Below, piece by piece: positions 30,028 to 40,729 of a stretch of DNA of 64,000 nt. A program made the translations under genes and the position numbers. Below the pieces are notes generated by a model that was given only the letters and a program-made list of their open reading frames with translations, had not been told where the DNA came from and ran no database searches. Each line of letters starts with the position of its first letter. The first letter of the stretch is position 1. The DNA lies in the NCBI GenBank assembly GCA_963674695.2, contig CAXXGI010000002.1, forward strand, positions 843,406-907,405, written 5' to 3'. The stretch is from a bacterium. Lineage in GTDB: Bacteria; UBA10199; 2-02-FULL-44-16; JAAZCA01.

Positions 30028-31323
30028 ATGCAGAATCAGCAGAATCAGACGTTTGATGAACTCAACCTCGCCGCACCGATCGCGCGTGCCGTGAAGGATG
30101 AAGGGTACACCGTGCCCACGCCGATCCAGGCCGGGGCGATTCCCATGCTGCTCGAAGGACGCGACCTCATCGGTTGTGCACAGACCGGAACCGGAAAGAC
30201 GGCGGCCTTCGCGCTGCCGATCCTTCATCGCCTCAACGCCTCCCGGAAAAAAGCACCGCCGCGCGGGGCGCGGGTGCTCGTCCTCACCCCGACGCGCGAG
30301 CTGGCCGCACAGGTGGGGGAGAGTTTTCGGACCTATGGTCGCCATCTCCACATGAAGCATGTGCTGATCTTCGGCGGCGTCGGTCAGCATCCGCAGGTCA
30401 AGGCCATGTCGCGTGGCGTCGATATCCTCGTCGCGACCCCCGGTCGCCTGTTGGATCTCATGCAGCAGGGACATGTGAAGCTCTCCGGCATCGAGATCTT
30501 CGTCCTCGACGAGGCCGATCGGATGCTCGATATGGGATTTCTGCCCGACATCAAACGGGTGATCGCGAAGATTCCGGAGAAGCGGCAGACGCTGCTCTTC
30601 TCCGCGACGATGGCGCCGGAGATCATGCGGCTGGCTGAGGGCATGCTCTCCGATCCGGTGAAGGTGGCCGTATCGCCGCCCGCATCCACGGTCGAGAATG
30701 TCGACGAACGCGTCCTGTTTGTGGACGAGAGCAACAAACGCGCGCTCCTGTCGGAACTGCTGCGGACGCCGGAGATGAACCGCGCGCTCGTCTTTACGCG
30801 CACGAAGCACGGTGCGAATCGCCTGGTCAAACAGCTGGGTGAAACCTCCGTCAGGGCCAACGCGATCCATGGCAATAAGTCGCAGACCGCCCGTATGTCT
30901 GCCTTGCACGATTTTCGCACGGGTCGTTGCCGTGTGCTCGTCGCCACCGATATTGCGGCGCGCGGCATCGATGTCGATGGCATCACCCATGTGATCAACT
31001 TCGATCTCCCCAACGAGCCTGAGAGCTATGTGCACCGCATCGGTCGTACAGCGCGCGCGGGCGCTGCCGGCACCGCGATCTCGTTCTGCGGGGCGGGCGA
31101 GCGGTTCTATCTGCGCGATATCGAACGGCTGCTCAAGCGCTCGGTCCCCGTCTGTACGGATCATCCGTATCACTCCGAGGAGGTCGTGCGGGCAGGCCCG
31201 GCGGGAAAGTCTGTTTCGGCGCGCAATCGCAATAATCCCAATCGTTCGAAGGGGGGACAGCGGGCGTTCGGGAAACACAATGCTCGGCGGCGATCGAAGA
31301 ACAGTGTCCGCGGGGGACAATAA
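30028..31323 (+). CDS. rhlE: DEAD-box RNA helicase (RhlE-like)
   Basis: Q motif [47 protein letters not shown]. Confidence 0.9.
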   Translation: MQNQQNQTFDELNLAAPIARAVKDEGYTVPTPIQAGAIPMLLEGRDLIGCAQTGTGKTAAFALPILHRLNASRKKAPPRGARVLVLTPTRELAAQVGESFRTYGRHLHMKHVLIFGGVGQHPQVKAMSRGVDILVATPGRLLDLMQQGHVKLSGIEIFVLDEADRMLDMGFLPDIKRVIAKIPEKRQTLLFSATMAPEIMRLAEGMLSDPVKVAVSPPASTVENVDERVLFVDESNKRALLSELLRTPEMNRALVFTRTKHGANRLVKQLGETSVRANAIHGNKSQTARMSALHDFRTGRCRVLVATDIAARGIDVDGITHVINFDLPNEPESYVHRIGRTARAGAAGTAISFCGAGERFYLRDIERLLKRSVPVCTDHPYHSEEVVRAGPAGKSVSARNRNNPNRSKGGQRAFGKHNARRRSKNSVRGGQ

Positions 31324-31380
31324 GTCTCCTTGATTTTATGCACATAATAGAACATTCTCAGAAAAAGGAGGGTTCAGCGT

Positions 31381-31797
31381 ATGAGCAAGACAACCGAACT
31401 GGAATTGGGTAAAGAGATTCTTTCCTATTGCGGCAAGTGTAAAATGCCCACGGGTCATATCATCAACAGCCTGACCAAGAAGGGGACCGCCGATAAGTGC
31501 GAGTGCCAGACCTGCAAGGCGCTTCACAAATATCGGGATCCGGAGAAAAATCCCCCGAAGAAGCGCGCGGCGAAGGCGCCCGCCAAAAAGACGGTCTCGA
31601 TTGAAGAGCTGTGGACCGAGGCGATCGAGAAGGCGGTTGGATCCACAAAGCCCTATGCGATGGATGCGGAGTTTGAAGAGGGTGACCTCATCGAACACGC
31701 CACCTTTGGGCGCGGGGTCGTTCAGGAGCTCGTTCCCGAAAAGAAGATCAAGGTTCTCTTCAAGGAAGCGGAAAAACTCCTGGCCTGTAATCGCTGA
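31381..31797 (+). CDS. Conserved hypothetical protein (CxxC..H..CxxC..H zinc ribbon plus Tudor-like GD.I.H..FG.G.V domain)
   Basis: CGKC...H...CQTC...H and GDLIEHATFGRGVV. AGGAGG RBS. Confidence 0.85.
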   Translation: MSKTTELELGKEILSYCGKCKMPTGHIINSLTKKGTADKCECQTCKALHKYRDPEKNPPKKRAAKAPAKKTVSIEELWTEAIEKAVGSTKPYAMDAEFEEGDLIEHATFGRGVVQELVPEKKIKVLFKEAEKLLACNR

Positions 31798-31823
31798 GCG
31801 TTTCGCATCGATGATGAATAACG

Positions 31824-31853
31824 AGCCCCCTCCCGTCGGGAGGGGGTTTTGTT
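31824..31853 (+). terminator. Rho-independent terminator
   Basis: CCCCCTCCC-GTC-GGGAGGGGG-TTTTGTT after the stop. Confidence 0.8.
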
Positions 31854-31916
31854 GTGTGGGGGTGTTCATTGCTCCACAGCGTTGACATCTCGATTTGCGG
31901 CCGCTACATGATAGCC

Positions 31917-33086
31917 ATGAAGATAAAACGGCTCATGGAAATGGCTTTGCTCGCAGTCTTCCTGCTGTTCCTCGCGGTGGGCGGCGTGCAGGCTCAGGGG
32001 AAAAAGGCACCGATCACCCAGATCGAGATCATCTTCGATGATTCCGGCAGCATGTGGGGGCAGATCGGGGGCAAGGCCAAGGTCGATATCGCGAAAGAGG
32101 CCTTCGGCGTTCTCATCGATGACATCTTCAAGAAACAAGCCGATCTCGAGATCGGGCTCCGGGTCTACGGGCATTTGAACAAGAGGTGTGACAACTCCGT
32201 CCTCGAGGTTCCCATCGGGAAGGGCCAGCAGGAAAAGCTCAAGGTGGTCGTGGCGGGGCTCAAGCCGCTCGGGAAGACGCCCATCACCTATTCCCTAGAA
32301 AAATCTGCTGCTGATTTCGATCAGAAAAAAACAGGCGATAGGATTATCGTTCTGCTCACCGATGGCATCGAGAGCTGCGATGGCGACCCTTGTGCTGCGG
32401 CGCGGAAACTCCAGGCAGCGGGCGTGGTGACCAAGATACACGTCGTGGGCTTTGGGATGAAGAAGTCCGAGCTCGATACGCTCGCCTGTATCGCTGCCCC
32501 CTCAAAGGGGTTGCTCATCGGGGCGAGCAGCGCCGGGGAACTGAGGAAAGCGTTTGAAAAGATCGTCGATGAGACGGTGCGATACAACCTGGAGATTCAG
32601 GCGGTGGACGATAGCGACAAGGCGATACTGGCTGACTACTCCGTCTATCCGGCGGGAAAGACGGTTGATCCTGTGGCACAGGGTGATACGTCGATGGATC
32701 AAAAAGCGCTCCTGCTGGTGCCGGCGGGTACCTACGACATCAAGGTGATCAACGGTCAGACGAAAAAGGAGCTGTGGCTCAAGGGCGTGGCGGTCGATAA
32801 GAAGAAGCGGACGGTCAGACGCGTGGCCTTCGGCGAGCGCAAGCTCAAGCTGATCTGCAAGAAGACGGACGGCACGATCAACAGCCTCTGTGAAGTGTAC
32901 GTGTATGATAAAGCGGGCACGGAGCTGATGTATCGGGATACGTCGATGAAATACGCCGAGATGACATTGGAGCCGGGCGTCTATGATGTGAAGGTCATCA
33001 ATTATGATTCAAAGAAGGAAGGTTGGCTCAAGGATATCGACTTAACCAGCGAGCGCAAACTCACGAAGGAGATCGTCGTCGAGTGA
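31917..33086 (+). CDS. Secreted von Willebrand factor A (VWA) domain protein
   Basis: MIDAS DDSGSM, GKTPI, LLTDGIESC.GDPC, HVVGF. Two C-terminal beta-sandwich-like repeats (GTYDIKV, GVYDVKV). Confidence 0.9.
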   Translation: MKIKRLMEMALLAVFLLFLAVGGVQAQGKKAPITQIEIIFDDSGSMWGQIGGKAKVDIAKEAFGVLIDDIFKKQADLEIGLRVYGHLNKRCDNSVLEVPIGKGQQEKLKVVVAGLKPLGKTPITYSLEKSAADFDQKKTGDRIIVLLTDGIESCDGDPCAAARKLQAAGVVTKIHVVGFGMKKSELDTLACIAAPSKGLLIGASSAGELRKAFEKIVDETVRYNLEIQAVDDSDKAILADYSVYPAGKTVDPVAQGDTSMDQKALLLVPAGTYDIKVINGQTKKELWLKGVAVDKKKRTVRRVAFGERKLKLICKKTDGTINSLCEVYVYDKAGTELMYRDTSMKYAEMTLEPGVYDVKVINYDSKKEGWLKDIDLTSERKLTKEIVVE

Positions 33087-33117
33087 TGCGCGCGCTTTTC
33101 AACGGAAAGGATTTTCT

Positions 33118-33594
33118 ATGAAGAACATCATGCTTTTCCTGAGTCTCATCGTGCTGGTCGGAGCCGTCGGATGTAGCTCCAATAAGAGCGCATCACCGGA
33201 CGTTGCAACGGATGAGGGCAAGACCATCGGTCAGCAGCTCGATGAGGCCGGGGCTTCCCTGAAGGACTGTCGCAAAAACTGTGATGAGGCCGCAACGCCT
33301 CAGATGAAGCAGCAGTGCCTGCAGGCATGTGCATATGCCAAGCAGATTCATGGCATGGCGAAAGAGGCGACCAAGGGGGTTGCGGACAAGACCCAGGGGC
33401 AGATCGCCGAGGATTTTCAGAAGCGCGTCTATGGCAACATGAACGAGCAGCAGTTGAAGAAAATCAAAGCCCTGCAGGCGCAGGGGAAGATCCCGCAGAA
33501 TCTCACCGCGGGTGCGGAAGGCGCACAGGCGGGTGCCGAGCCGAATCCGGACGATTTACCCGAACAGCCGGAGGCCGCGGGCGTTCCACACTGA
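33118..33594 (+). CDS. Hypothetical lipoprotein
   Basis: Lipobox AVGC and CxxxC pairs. Follows the VWA gene after 31 nt. Confidence 0.75.
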   Translation: MKNIMLFLSLIVLVGAVGCSSNKSASPDVATDEGKTIGQQLDEAGASLKDCRKNCDEAATPQMKQQCLQACAYAKQIHGMAKEATKGVADKTQGQIAEDFQKRVYGNMNEQQLKKIKALQAQGKIPQNLTAGAEGAQAGAEPNPDDLPEQPEAAGVPH

Positions 33595-33612
33595 TCTTTT
33601 GGGATGTGATGC

Positions 33613-33653
33613 AAGGGGTGATTCGGGCCGTCGGCTCGTGTCACCCCTTTTTT
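33613..33653 (+). terminator. Rho-independent terminator
   Basis: AAGGGGTGA...TCACCCCTT followed by a T run. Confidence 0.7.
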
Positions 33654-33770
33654 ATGGAGAGGCGCTTCATCCGATGGTCTTTTCCGCCCATAAAGGCGTT
33701 GTCTTCAAAGGGGCGGTGACCTATTGTTCCGCGATCGTCGCCTTGAGTTTCCCGATGAAACCGTCGGACG

Positions 33771-35081
33771 ATGTGGAGGCCGTTGACCATGATGGGGTGG
33801 GGCGGGAACAGGAGGACAGTCGTTGGAATCACCTGCGCGCTGGCGCTGCTGGGTGTCAGCACATCGGCCGCGGGAAGCGAGACGCAGGTCCTCGACTGGA
33901 AGAAGTGCGTTCGTGAGGCGATCCAGAACAACCCGGCCCTTGCCGCCTCGGCGCAGAAGATCCAGCAGTCCAAGGCGCAGCAGTGGGTCGCGGCCAGTCC
34001 GGCCCTGCCGCAGATTTCGACGCAGTTGAATCTGAACAAATCGGACAACTATTCGGGCGGGGCGAACCGCAACACCAACACCTATTCCATCCAGGGAGAA
34101 CAGCTCATCTTCGACGGGTTCAAGACGTTCAGCGATGTGAGGGCGGCGAAACAGGATGTGATCAGTTCCGAGTATGGATACGTCGCCGATTCTTCGACCA
34201 TTCGCTATAATTTGCGACTGGCGTATACGGAACTGTTGCGCGCGCAGGCGCTCGTGCCGATCAGCGAAGGGATCATCGTGCGGCGCAAGCAGAACCTGGA
34301 GATGATCAAGCTGCGGTATGAATCGGGGCGCGAACATCAGGGATCGCTGTTGCTGGCCGAGGCGGATCTGGCGCAAGCGGAATTCGATCTGAAGAAGGCG
34401 CGGCGCGATATCTCGGTTGCGCAGTACGCCCTGCGCAAGGAGATGGGGTGGCAGAAGGATGTTCCGATTCGCGTGTCCGGCAATTTTACGATCGAAACTG
34501 CGCGCGACGACAAACCTTCGTTTGCCGAGATCGCGCAGGAGCATCCGTTGGTGCGCAAGACAGTCGCGGACAAGGAATCGGCGAAATACGGCGTTGCCTC
34601 TGCCAAGGGGGCGTTCTTTCCCGAGCTGAGTTTCACGGGAGAGACCGGAAAGGTGCGCACAGGCGGATTTACGGCGGGCGATAAGGGCTGGACGGTCGGG
34701 CTGAACCTCGCGCTGCCGGTCTTTGAAGGCGGACGGCGCATCGCCGACACGGAGCATGCCGTGGCCAAGCTCATGCAGGCCACCTCCGACGAGCGCAGCC
34801 AGTATGACGATGTCGTCTCGACGCTGGAGTCGGCCTGGCAGACGATGCAGGACGCGATCGACGATGTGGAGGTGCAGCGGAAATACCTCAAGGCGGCCGA
34901 GGTCCGGGCGATCATCTCTCGGTCGGAATACGCCAACGGCCTGCTCATCTTCGACAACTGGATCATCATCGAGGATAACTTCGTGAGGGCGCAGAAGACA
35001 TTCGTCAACGCGGAGGCGGTGATGCTGTTGGCGGAAGCGGAATGGATCCGGGCCAGAGGGGGGAACCTTGAATATCAATAG
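33771..35081 (+). CDS. TolC family outer membrane efflux protein
   Basis: A..NNP.L, LPQIS, IFDG, FFPELS, L.LPVFEGG. First gene of the MacAB operon. Start is approximate. Confidence 0.92.
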   Translation: MWRPLTMMGWGGNRRTVVGITCALALLGVSTSAAGSETQVLDWKKCVREAIQNNPALAASAQKIQQSKAQQWVAASPALPQISTQLNLNKSDNYSGGANRNTNTYSIQGEQLIFDGFKTFSDVRAAKQDVISSEYGYVADSSTIRYNLRLAYTELLRAQALVPISEGIIVRRKQNLEMIKLRYESGREHQGSLLLAEADLAQAEFDLKKARRDISVAQYALRKEMGWQKDVPIRVSGNFTIETARDDKPSFAEIAQEHPLVRKTVADKESAKYGVASAKGAFFPELSFTGETGKVRTGGFTAGDKGWTVGLNLALPVFEGGRRIADTEHAVAKLMQATSDERSQYDDVVSTLESAWQTMQDAIDDVEVQRKYLKAAEVRAIISRSEYANGLLIFDNWIIIEDNFVRAQKTFVNAEAVMLLAEAEWIRARGGNLEYQ

Positions 35082-36048
35082 GCGTCAGAAAATAGGGGCG
35101 GCAGCGCTCGCGTTCATGCTGCTGGTCTTCGGAGGCATGTATCTGTGGAGCCGGACGAACGGGTCGGGGCGGGAGCTCGAGGCGATCACACCCGTTCGGG
35201 GGGATGTCGCGCTCGTCATCTCGACCGTCGGAACGGTGATGCCGCAGAACCGTTTGGAGATCAAACCGCCGATCAACGGGCGCGTGGAAAGAATACTGGT
35301 TACGGAAGGGCAGGTGGTGAAGAAGGGACAGGTCCTCGCGTATATGAGCTCGATGGAACGAGCGACCCTCATCGACGCGGCTAGACTCAAAGGGGCACAG
35401 GAGTTCGCCTACTGGCAGCAGGCCTATCGCGAGACCCCGATCGTGGCGCCCATCGATGGAGTGGTCATCGTGCGCGATATCGAACCGGGGCAGACGGTCA
35501 CGACGGCCAGCGTCATGATCGTGCTCTCCGATCGGCTGATCGTTGAAGCGGATGTGGACGAGACCGATGTTGGCGTCGTGCGGCTTGGCCAACAGGCGAT
35601 CATCGGTCTGGATGCCTATCCCGAGATCAGCATCGACGCGACGGTCGATCACATTTCGTACGAGTCGGAGGTGATCAATAACGTCACCGTCTATAAGGTG
35701 GACATTCTGCCGAAATCCGTACCCGAAGTCTTTCGCTCCGGCATGAGCGCCAACGTGGAGATCCTCGCCCGCGAGGAAAAGAACGCCCTGCTCATCCCCG
35801 CCGATGCCGTGCGCTATGAGAACGGAGAGGCGATCGTTTCCGTGCAGGATCCGGCAGGCGGCACGATGAAGCGGGTCGTCGTGGAAACGGGTCTACAGCA
35901 GGACGGCTTCATCGAAATCGTATCCGGATTGACGGATGATCAGACCGTGCTCGCGCCCGGCGGCAGATACGTGGTGCCGAAAAAGGAAAACGGGACGAGC
36001 CCGTTCTTTCCCTCGTTTCGCCGGGGTCGGCAGAAGCGGACGCCATGA
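35068..36048 (+). CDS. Efflux periplasmic adaptor (MacA-like)
   Basis: GRVERILVTEGQVVKKGQVLA, IVAPIDGVV, VDETDVG, RSGMSANV. Confidence 0.92.
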   Translation: MNINRRQKIGAAALAFMLLVFGGMYLWSRTNGSGRELEAITPVRGDVALVISTVGTVMPQNRLEIKPPINGRVERILVTEGQVVKKGQVLAYMSSMERATLIDAARLKGAQEFAYWQQAYRETPIVAPIDGVVIVRDIEPGQTVTTASVMIVLSDRLIVEADVDETDVGVVRLGQQAIIGLDAYPEISIDATVDHISYESEVINNVTVYKVDILPKSVPEVFRSGMSANVEILAREEKNALLIPADAVRYENGEAIVSVQDPAGGTMKRVVVETGLQQDGFIEIVSGLTDDQTVLAPGGRYVVPKKENGTSPFFPSFRRGRQKRTP

Positions 36049-38003
36049 TCGAACTCAAGCATATCTCGAAGACCTATCGGATGGGGGAGGTCGAAGTTCG
36101 GGCCCTGCGGGACATCTCGCTCTCCATCCAACCGGGCGAGTTCATCGCCATCATGGGGCCGTCCGGCTCGGGCAAGTCCACCCTTCTCCATCTGCTGGGT
36201 TTTCTGGATCGTCCTGACGAAGGAGCATACCTCCTCTCCGGGCGGGACGTGAGCCGCCTCACGGATAACGAGCTGGCCAACCTTCGCAACCAGATGATCG
36301 GGTTCGTCTTCCAGCAGTTCCATCTCTTGCGGCGGATCAACGCGTTGGAAAATGTGGAGCTGCCCTGTCTGTATGCAAACGATGCCCTGCACGTCGAACG
36401 AAACGCGTCGCAGCGGCTCGTCGAGGTGGGGCTGCACGATCGCATGTTGCATCGACCGGGTGAACTCTCGGGTGGACAGCAACAGCGCGTGTCGATCGCG
36501 CGCGCGCTGATCAACGAGCCGATGATGCTCTTCGCCGATGAGCCGACCGGCAACCTCGATTCCGCCAGCGGGCAGGATATCATGGATATCCTCCGGACGC
36601 TCAACCGGCAGGGCAAGACCATCATTATGGTGACGCACGAATCGGAGGTGGCTGCCTCGGCCGGCCGGATCATCCGGATGCGCGATGGGGAGATCGTCGC
36701 CGATGAGACGACGGGAAATGTCGCTGTCCCCGAAGAGAGCCAGAAGCGTATCAAGGACATCATTCTCACTAAGCGCTCCACGGTCAATCGCAGCGAACTC
36801 GTGGGCTATTTCAAGCAGGCGTTTCGCACCATCGTGTCCAACCGGGTGCGGTCGTTTCTGTCCATGCTGGGTATCCTCGTTGGCGTGGGAGCGGTCATCG
36901 CGATGATGGCCCTCGGTTCGGGAGCGAAACAGTCGATCGAAGAGAATCTCAAATCGCTCGGTTCGAATCTCCTGTCGGTTCGGGGTGGTTCCTCCCGGCA
37001 TCACGGGATCTCGGGGGGAACCGGAACCGTGACGCGCTTTACCGCGCAGGATGTCGATGCGATCGAGGCGCTCAAGCCGTCGGTGAAGACCGTGTCGGGC
37101 GTGGTGACCGGCACGGCGCAGGTGGTCTATCAGGACGAGAACTGGAGCACCTCGATTGAGGGCGTTGGATACGACTATGCACAGATGCGCGCGTCGGTGC
37201 CCACGATCGGGCGCTGGTTTACCCCCGAGGAGATCAGCAAGCGGCAGAAGGTGGCCATCATCGGGACCACGGTTCTGGAGAAATTGTTCGGCGATGCCGA
37301 TCCCCTGGGAAAGACCATCAAGATCAATCGTATCAACTTTTTCGTTATCGGGGTGGCGCCCCCGAAGGGGGCGATGGGTCATCGCGATCGGGATGACGTC
37401 GTCTATGTTCCGGTGACCACGGCGATGTATCGGCTCTTCGGCAAGGATTACCTCGACGGGATGTACGTCCAGGTCGCCGATTCCGAGTCGACCGGGGATG
37501 TGCAACGAAAGATCGAGGACCTCATCATCAAGCGGCATCGTTTGGTTCAGGATGATGATACCTTCAATATACGCGATATGAGCGAAATTCAGGAGATGCT
37601 CAGCAGCACGATGCAGACCATGAGCACGTTGCTCGGCGCGATCGCGGCCATCTCGCTCCTGGTCGGCGGCATCGGCATCATGAACATCATGCTCGTCTCC
37701 GTGACCGAACGGACCCGCGAGATCGGGCTGCGAAAGGCCATCGGCGCGCGCAAGGTCGATATCCTCGCCCAGTTTCTGACCGAGGCCATCGTGATGACCT
37801 TGAGCGGAGGTGTCCTGGGGGTGGTCGTGGGCGGCGCTGCGGCGTGGGCGCTCTCCGTTTTCGCGGGGTGGGCGGTGCAGGTGACGCTTGTCTCCGTCAT
37901 CCTGGCGATGGGGTTCTCCGGAATCGTCGGCCTCTTCTTCGGCCTGTGGCCGGCCAAGCGCGCGGCCGAACTCGACCCGGTCGAAGCGCTGCGTTACGAA
38001 TAG
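36045..38003 (+). CDS. macB: MacB-type ABC transporter (ATPase-permease fusion)
   Basis: GPSGSGKST, LSGGQQQRV, ADEPTGNLD, GGIGIMNIMLVSVTERTREIGLRKAIGA, PVEALRYE. Confidence 0.93.
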   Translation: MIELKHISKTYRMGEVEVRALRDISLSIQPGEFIAIMGPSGSGKSTLLHLLGFLDRPDEGAYLLSGRDVSRLTDNELANLRNQMIGFVFQQFHLLRRINALENVELPCLYANDALHVERNASQRLVEVGLHDRMLHRPGELSGGQQQRVSIARALINEPMMLFADEPTGNLDSASGQDIMDILRTLNRQGKTIIMVTHESEVAASAGRIIRMRDGEIVADETTGNVAVPEESQKRIKDIILTKRSTVNRSELVGYFKQAFRTIVSNRVRSFLSMLGILVGVGAVIAMMALGSGAKQSIEENLKSLGSNLLSVRGGSSRHHGISGGTGTVTRFTAQDVDAIEALKPSVKTVSGVVTGTAQVVYQDENWSTSIEGVGYDYAQMRASVPTIGRWFTPEEISKRQKVAIIGTTVLEKLFGDADPLGKTIKINRINFFVIGVAPPKGAMGHRDRDDVVYVPVTTAMYRLFGKDYLDGMYVQVADSESTGDVQRKIEDLIIKRHRLVQDDDTFNIRDMSEIQEMLSSTMQTMSTLLGAIAAISLLVGGIGIMNIMLVSVTERTREIGLRKAIGARKVDILAQFLTEAIVMTLSGGVLGVVVGGAAAWALSVFAGWAVQVTLVSVILAMGFSGIVGLFFGLWPAKRAAELDPVEALRYE

Positions 38004-38013
38004 AAGAATGGCA

Positions 38014-38427
38014 TTACATGGGGGAGGTGGTGAGTGTCCTCTCCCACCCGAAATACGCCTTTGTCTCGGGACGGAACCAGAGCACGATGACGGGGATCGA
38101 GAGCGGGAGGCAGCAGCAGTTTGGGATGCTGATGCAGAGGGCGACGATGCCGTAGATCCAGGCCCAGGGTTTTCTCGGGAGGAAGAGGGCGACGATAAAG
38201 AAGAGCGTCAGGATGATCGTCCCCACCAGGAGTCCTCCCCAAAGGTGTTCGAGCAGCAGGAGAAAGGAGTGGGCCGTCTTTCCCTCTGGCGCGATCTGAT
38301 CCTTCGGGAACCAGATGAGGAAAGCGATGTAGAGCGAAAAGAGAAAATAGCTGATGGCCATGCAGACGCAGCAGACCTTATACCAGATGATGACGGATGG
38401 TCGCGGAGCGGGTGGGGGATTGTTCAT
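38014..38427 (-). CDS. Hypothetical membrane protein
   Basis: Three to four TM segments, KPWAWIYG, WFRPETKAYF. Confidence 0.7.
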   Translation of the reverse strand: MNNPPPAPRPSVIIWYKVCCVCMAISYFLFSLYIAFLIWFPKDQIAPEGKTAHSFLLLLEHLWGGLLVGTIILTLFFIVALFLPRKPWAWIYGIVALCISIPNCCCLPLSIPVIVLWFRPETKAYFGWERTLTTSPM

Positions 38428-38499
38428 GGAGCTCCTTTTCACCGTTTGACTTGCGGGGAATGCTCACTTACATTTCATTTATCTCATAAAGGGGGGACG

Positions 38500-38877
38500 A
38501 TGAAAAGCTATCGAGTTATAGGGGTCATTTTCGGCATCATGCTCGCCATCTCGGTTTTTTCCTGCAGCTCCACACCGAGCGATTGCACGGGCGAGATTGC
38601 CGCCGGCGGAAAGACGTATACGGCCAGCGGAAAGGGGCAGGAGAAGGCCACCCGAAATGCCTGCAACAAATATTGCCTGGATACCGATGCGGAGTGCGAG
38701 GCGATGTATGGCATCTGGGTCAATTCCCCGAAGGGGAAGGCGGCGGGAAGCCCAGCGAAGATGCGGGCGCTCTCCGAGGATAAACAGCTCCTCGATTGCG
38801 TGACGATCAAATGCGCCAACGCGTGCTTGGAGCAGATCAAGGCGGGAACGATTCAATTTCAGGCGAGCTGTCAGTAG
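38500..38877 (+). CDS. Hypothetical Cys-rich lipoprotein
   Basis: GGGGGA RBS, lipobox VFSC and multiple further Cys. Confidence 0.75.
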   Translation: MKSYRVIGVIFGIMLAISVFSCSSTPSDCTGEIAAGGKTYTASGKGQEKATRNACNKYCLDTDAECEAMYGIWVNSPKGKAAGSPAKMRALSEDKQLLDCVTIKCANACLEQIKAGTIQFQASCQ

Positions 38878-38902
38878 CGTCTGCTGGGGAAATGGTTTTT
38901 GC

Positions 38903-38973
38903 TGTCATTCCCGCGAAAGCGGGAATCTCGATTTTTCAAGTACCCCGAGATTCCCGCTTTCGCGGGAATGACA
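38903..38973. repeat. REP-like nested palindrome
   Basis: TGTCATTCCCGCGAAAGCGGGAATCTCG...CGAGATTCCCGCTTTCGCGGGAATGACA, a perfect 28-bp inverted repeat. Confidence 0.92.
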
Positions 38974-39034
38974 AAGACATAAGGAGAGGATCTCCACGAG
39001 AACAGAGCGTATGACCAACCATAAGGGGGAAATG

Positions 39035-40249
39035 ATGAGACGATTGACCGTGTTGGCGATGATGATCGGTTTGCTGTTGCTCAGCGGCTGTGGATCGAGT
39101 TGGTCCTCAGGTGGCGGGAATGCGGATGCGTTGGTCTATGCCACCTACGGGCAGACGATGAGCGCGGTTATCCCTGCCGGACTCAAAACGGGTGGGGTCA
39201 ATGCCGATGTGGCGGCCATGTTGATGAAGACACTTTCCGGGACCTGCGCGGACACCTACGCCGACTGCCCCGCGATAACGGCAGAGGGGGGTGGAGATAG
39301 CGACGCGGGTGAGATTCTGATGCGCCTGTGGAGTCTCGATTATAATGATGAGTGCAACGCTGATCTGTTGGCGGCGGGAACCTGCTTCGATTGTGAGGAT
39401 TGCGAAACCGGTTCCGTGGGGACGACGAATTTCATTCAGCCCACGATGATCGCGGCGCCGACCGAATGTGGTTCCGTATCCACCACGGCGGGTCGTTACG
39501 TCAACCTGGGTGTCGATCCCTGTTTCTTTGATGCTATGATTGGGCAGATCACCAATATCGCGCAGTGCGAGACGGTCACCGGTGGGGCAGTCGACATCTC
39601 ATCGGCCATTCCCTGGTATGCCTCCTGGAATATCCCGCAGACAGTGCATTTCTCCAGTTATTATTCGCGGTCGAGCGGTGGAATGTGGTGGACGCTCAAC
39701 GATGGCGCGAGTGCGAATCAGCAGTACTTCGTTTCGCTCGATTCCAACTGGCTCTATGCGGGGATCAAGAACCCGGATGAGAATGAGTTCCTGTTTTTTG
39801 GAAGCAGTTCCCCGGCATATAGCGGGAGCAGCGGGGTGAATATCTCCGGCTATGCGGGCCCACTCGATGCGATCACGACGACTTTCGAGGCGATCCAGGT
39901 GCGCGACGAATCGCCTGAGACCTACATCGAACGTCTTCGTTCGAACGGCAGCTATGTCTGGTATCAGAAATGGCGCGGCAGCTTCCCCGCAACGCCCGAC
40001 GCTGTTGATGGGGTCAAGAATAGCCCAGATGAAAATCGGTGTCTCCAGATCGGGTCGAGTGTGGTGACGTCGAAGTATGTTCCCTCTGCCGATTGTGTGA
40101 GCTCCTTCGGTGTGGCTGATGTGACGGCGCTCAATTCGGATGACAACTATACGCTCAAGATCATCGATGGCCAGACGGCGAACTCTATCGATTTTTCAAC
40201 GCCGCTCACACCGACGACCGAGAGCGCCTGTTTGGAAGAGGAGACGTAA
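39035..40249 (+). CDS. Hypothetical Cys-rich lipoprotein
   Basis: Lipobox LSGC. Long ORF with no recognised domain. Confidence 0.8.
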   Translation: MRRLTVLAMMIGLLLLSGCGSSWSSGGGNADALVYATYGQTMSAVIPAGLKTGGVNADVAAMLMKTLSGTCADTYADCPAITAEGGGDSDAGEILMRLWSLDYNDECNADLLAAGTCFDCEDCETGSVGTTNFIQPTMIAAPTECGSVSTTAGRYVNLGVDPCFFDAMIGQITNIAQCETVTGGAVDISSAIPWYASWNIPQTVHFSSYYSRSSGGMWWTLNDGASANQQYFVSLDSNWLYAGIKNPDENEFLFFGSSSPAYSGSSGVNISGYAGPLDAITTTFEAIQVRDESPETYIERLRSNGSYVWYQKWRGSFPATPDAVDGVKNSPDENRCLQIGSSVVTSKYVPSADCVSSFGVADVTALNSDDNYTLKIIDGQTANSIDFSTPLTPTTESACLEEET

Positions 40250-40268
40250 TCACGCGAAGTGATGATGT

Positions 40269-40303
40269 AAAAAAAGCCCGAGGGAGATCCCTCGGGCTTT
40301 TTT
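40269..40303. terminator. Bidirectional rho-independent terminator
   Basis: A7-GCCCGAGGG-AGAT-CCCTCGGGC-T6 between convergent genes. Confidence 0.9.
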
Positions 40304-40321
40304 GATTCTGCGGAAAGAAGC

Positions 40322-40729
40322 TTACATGACCATTTCTTTGAGCTTCTTGAGCGGGCGCACCTTCACGACCGTGCGGGCTGGTTTGGCCTTGAACATGGCC
40401 TCTTCGCCCGTGAACGGGTTGATGCCTTTGCGGGCCTTCGTGGCCGGCTTGCGAACGGTGGCAACCTTCAGAAGGCCCGGAAGGACGAATTCACCACAGG
40501 CGTTCTTTTTGATGTGACACTCGATGATGCATCCGAGGCCATCGAAGACCGAGGTGATCTGCTTCTTGCTGAGCTCGGTATAGTCGGCCAGCGTTGCGAC
40601 GATCTGGGACTTGCTGTATTTCGCCTTGATCGCACTCTTGGCGCAGTTCTTCGTGGTGCAGCACTTCTTGGTGGTCTTGGTCTTCTTGGTGGTGGTTTTC
40701 TTCTTGGTTGGTTTTTTCTTTGCGGCCAC
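40322..40729 (-). CDS. HU family DNA-binding protein with a Lys-rich N-terminal extension
   Basis: SKSQIVATLA, FVLPGLLK, PATKARKGINPFTGE, KAKPA...VKVRPLKKLK. Confidence 0.92.
   Translation of the reverse strand: MAAKKKPTKKKTTTKKTKTTKKCCTTKNCAKSAIKAKYSKSQIVATLADYTELSKKQITSVFDGLGCIIECHIKKNACGEFVLPGLLKVATVRKPATKARKGINPFTGEEAMFKAKPARTVVKVRPLKKLKEMVM

Noticed and set aside
29863-37538. Long antisense ORFs (e.g. 29863-31320, 33705-35078, 35940-37538; also 46015-47634 and 50189-51601)
   Set aside because: They are shadow frames of well-supported GC-rich genes and carry no motifs.
37888-38499. 5' part of the 329-aa ORF 37888-38877
   Set aside because: It overlaps macB and an opposite-strand gene. 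Only the part from ATG 38500 has an RBS and a lipobox.
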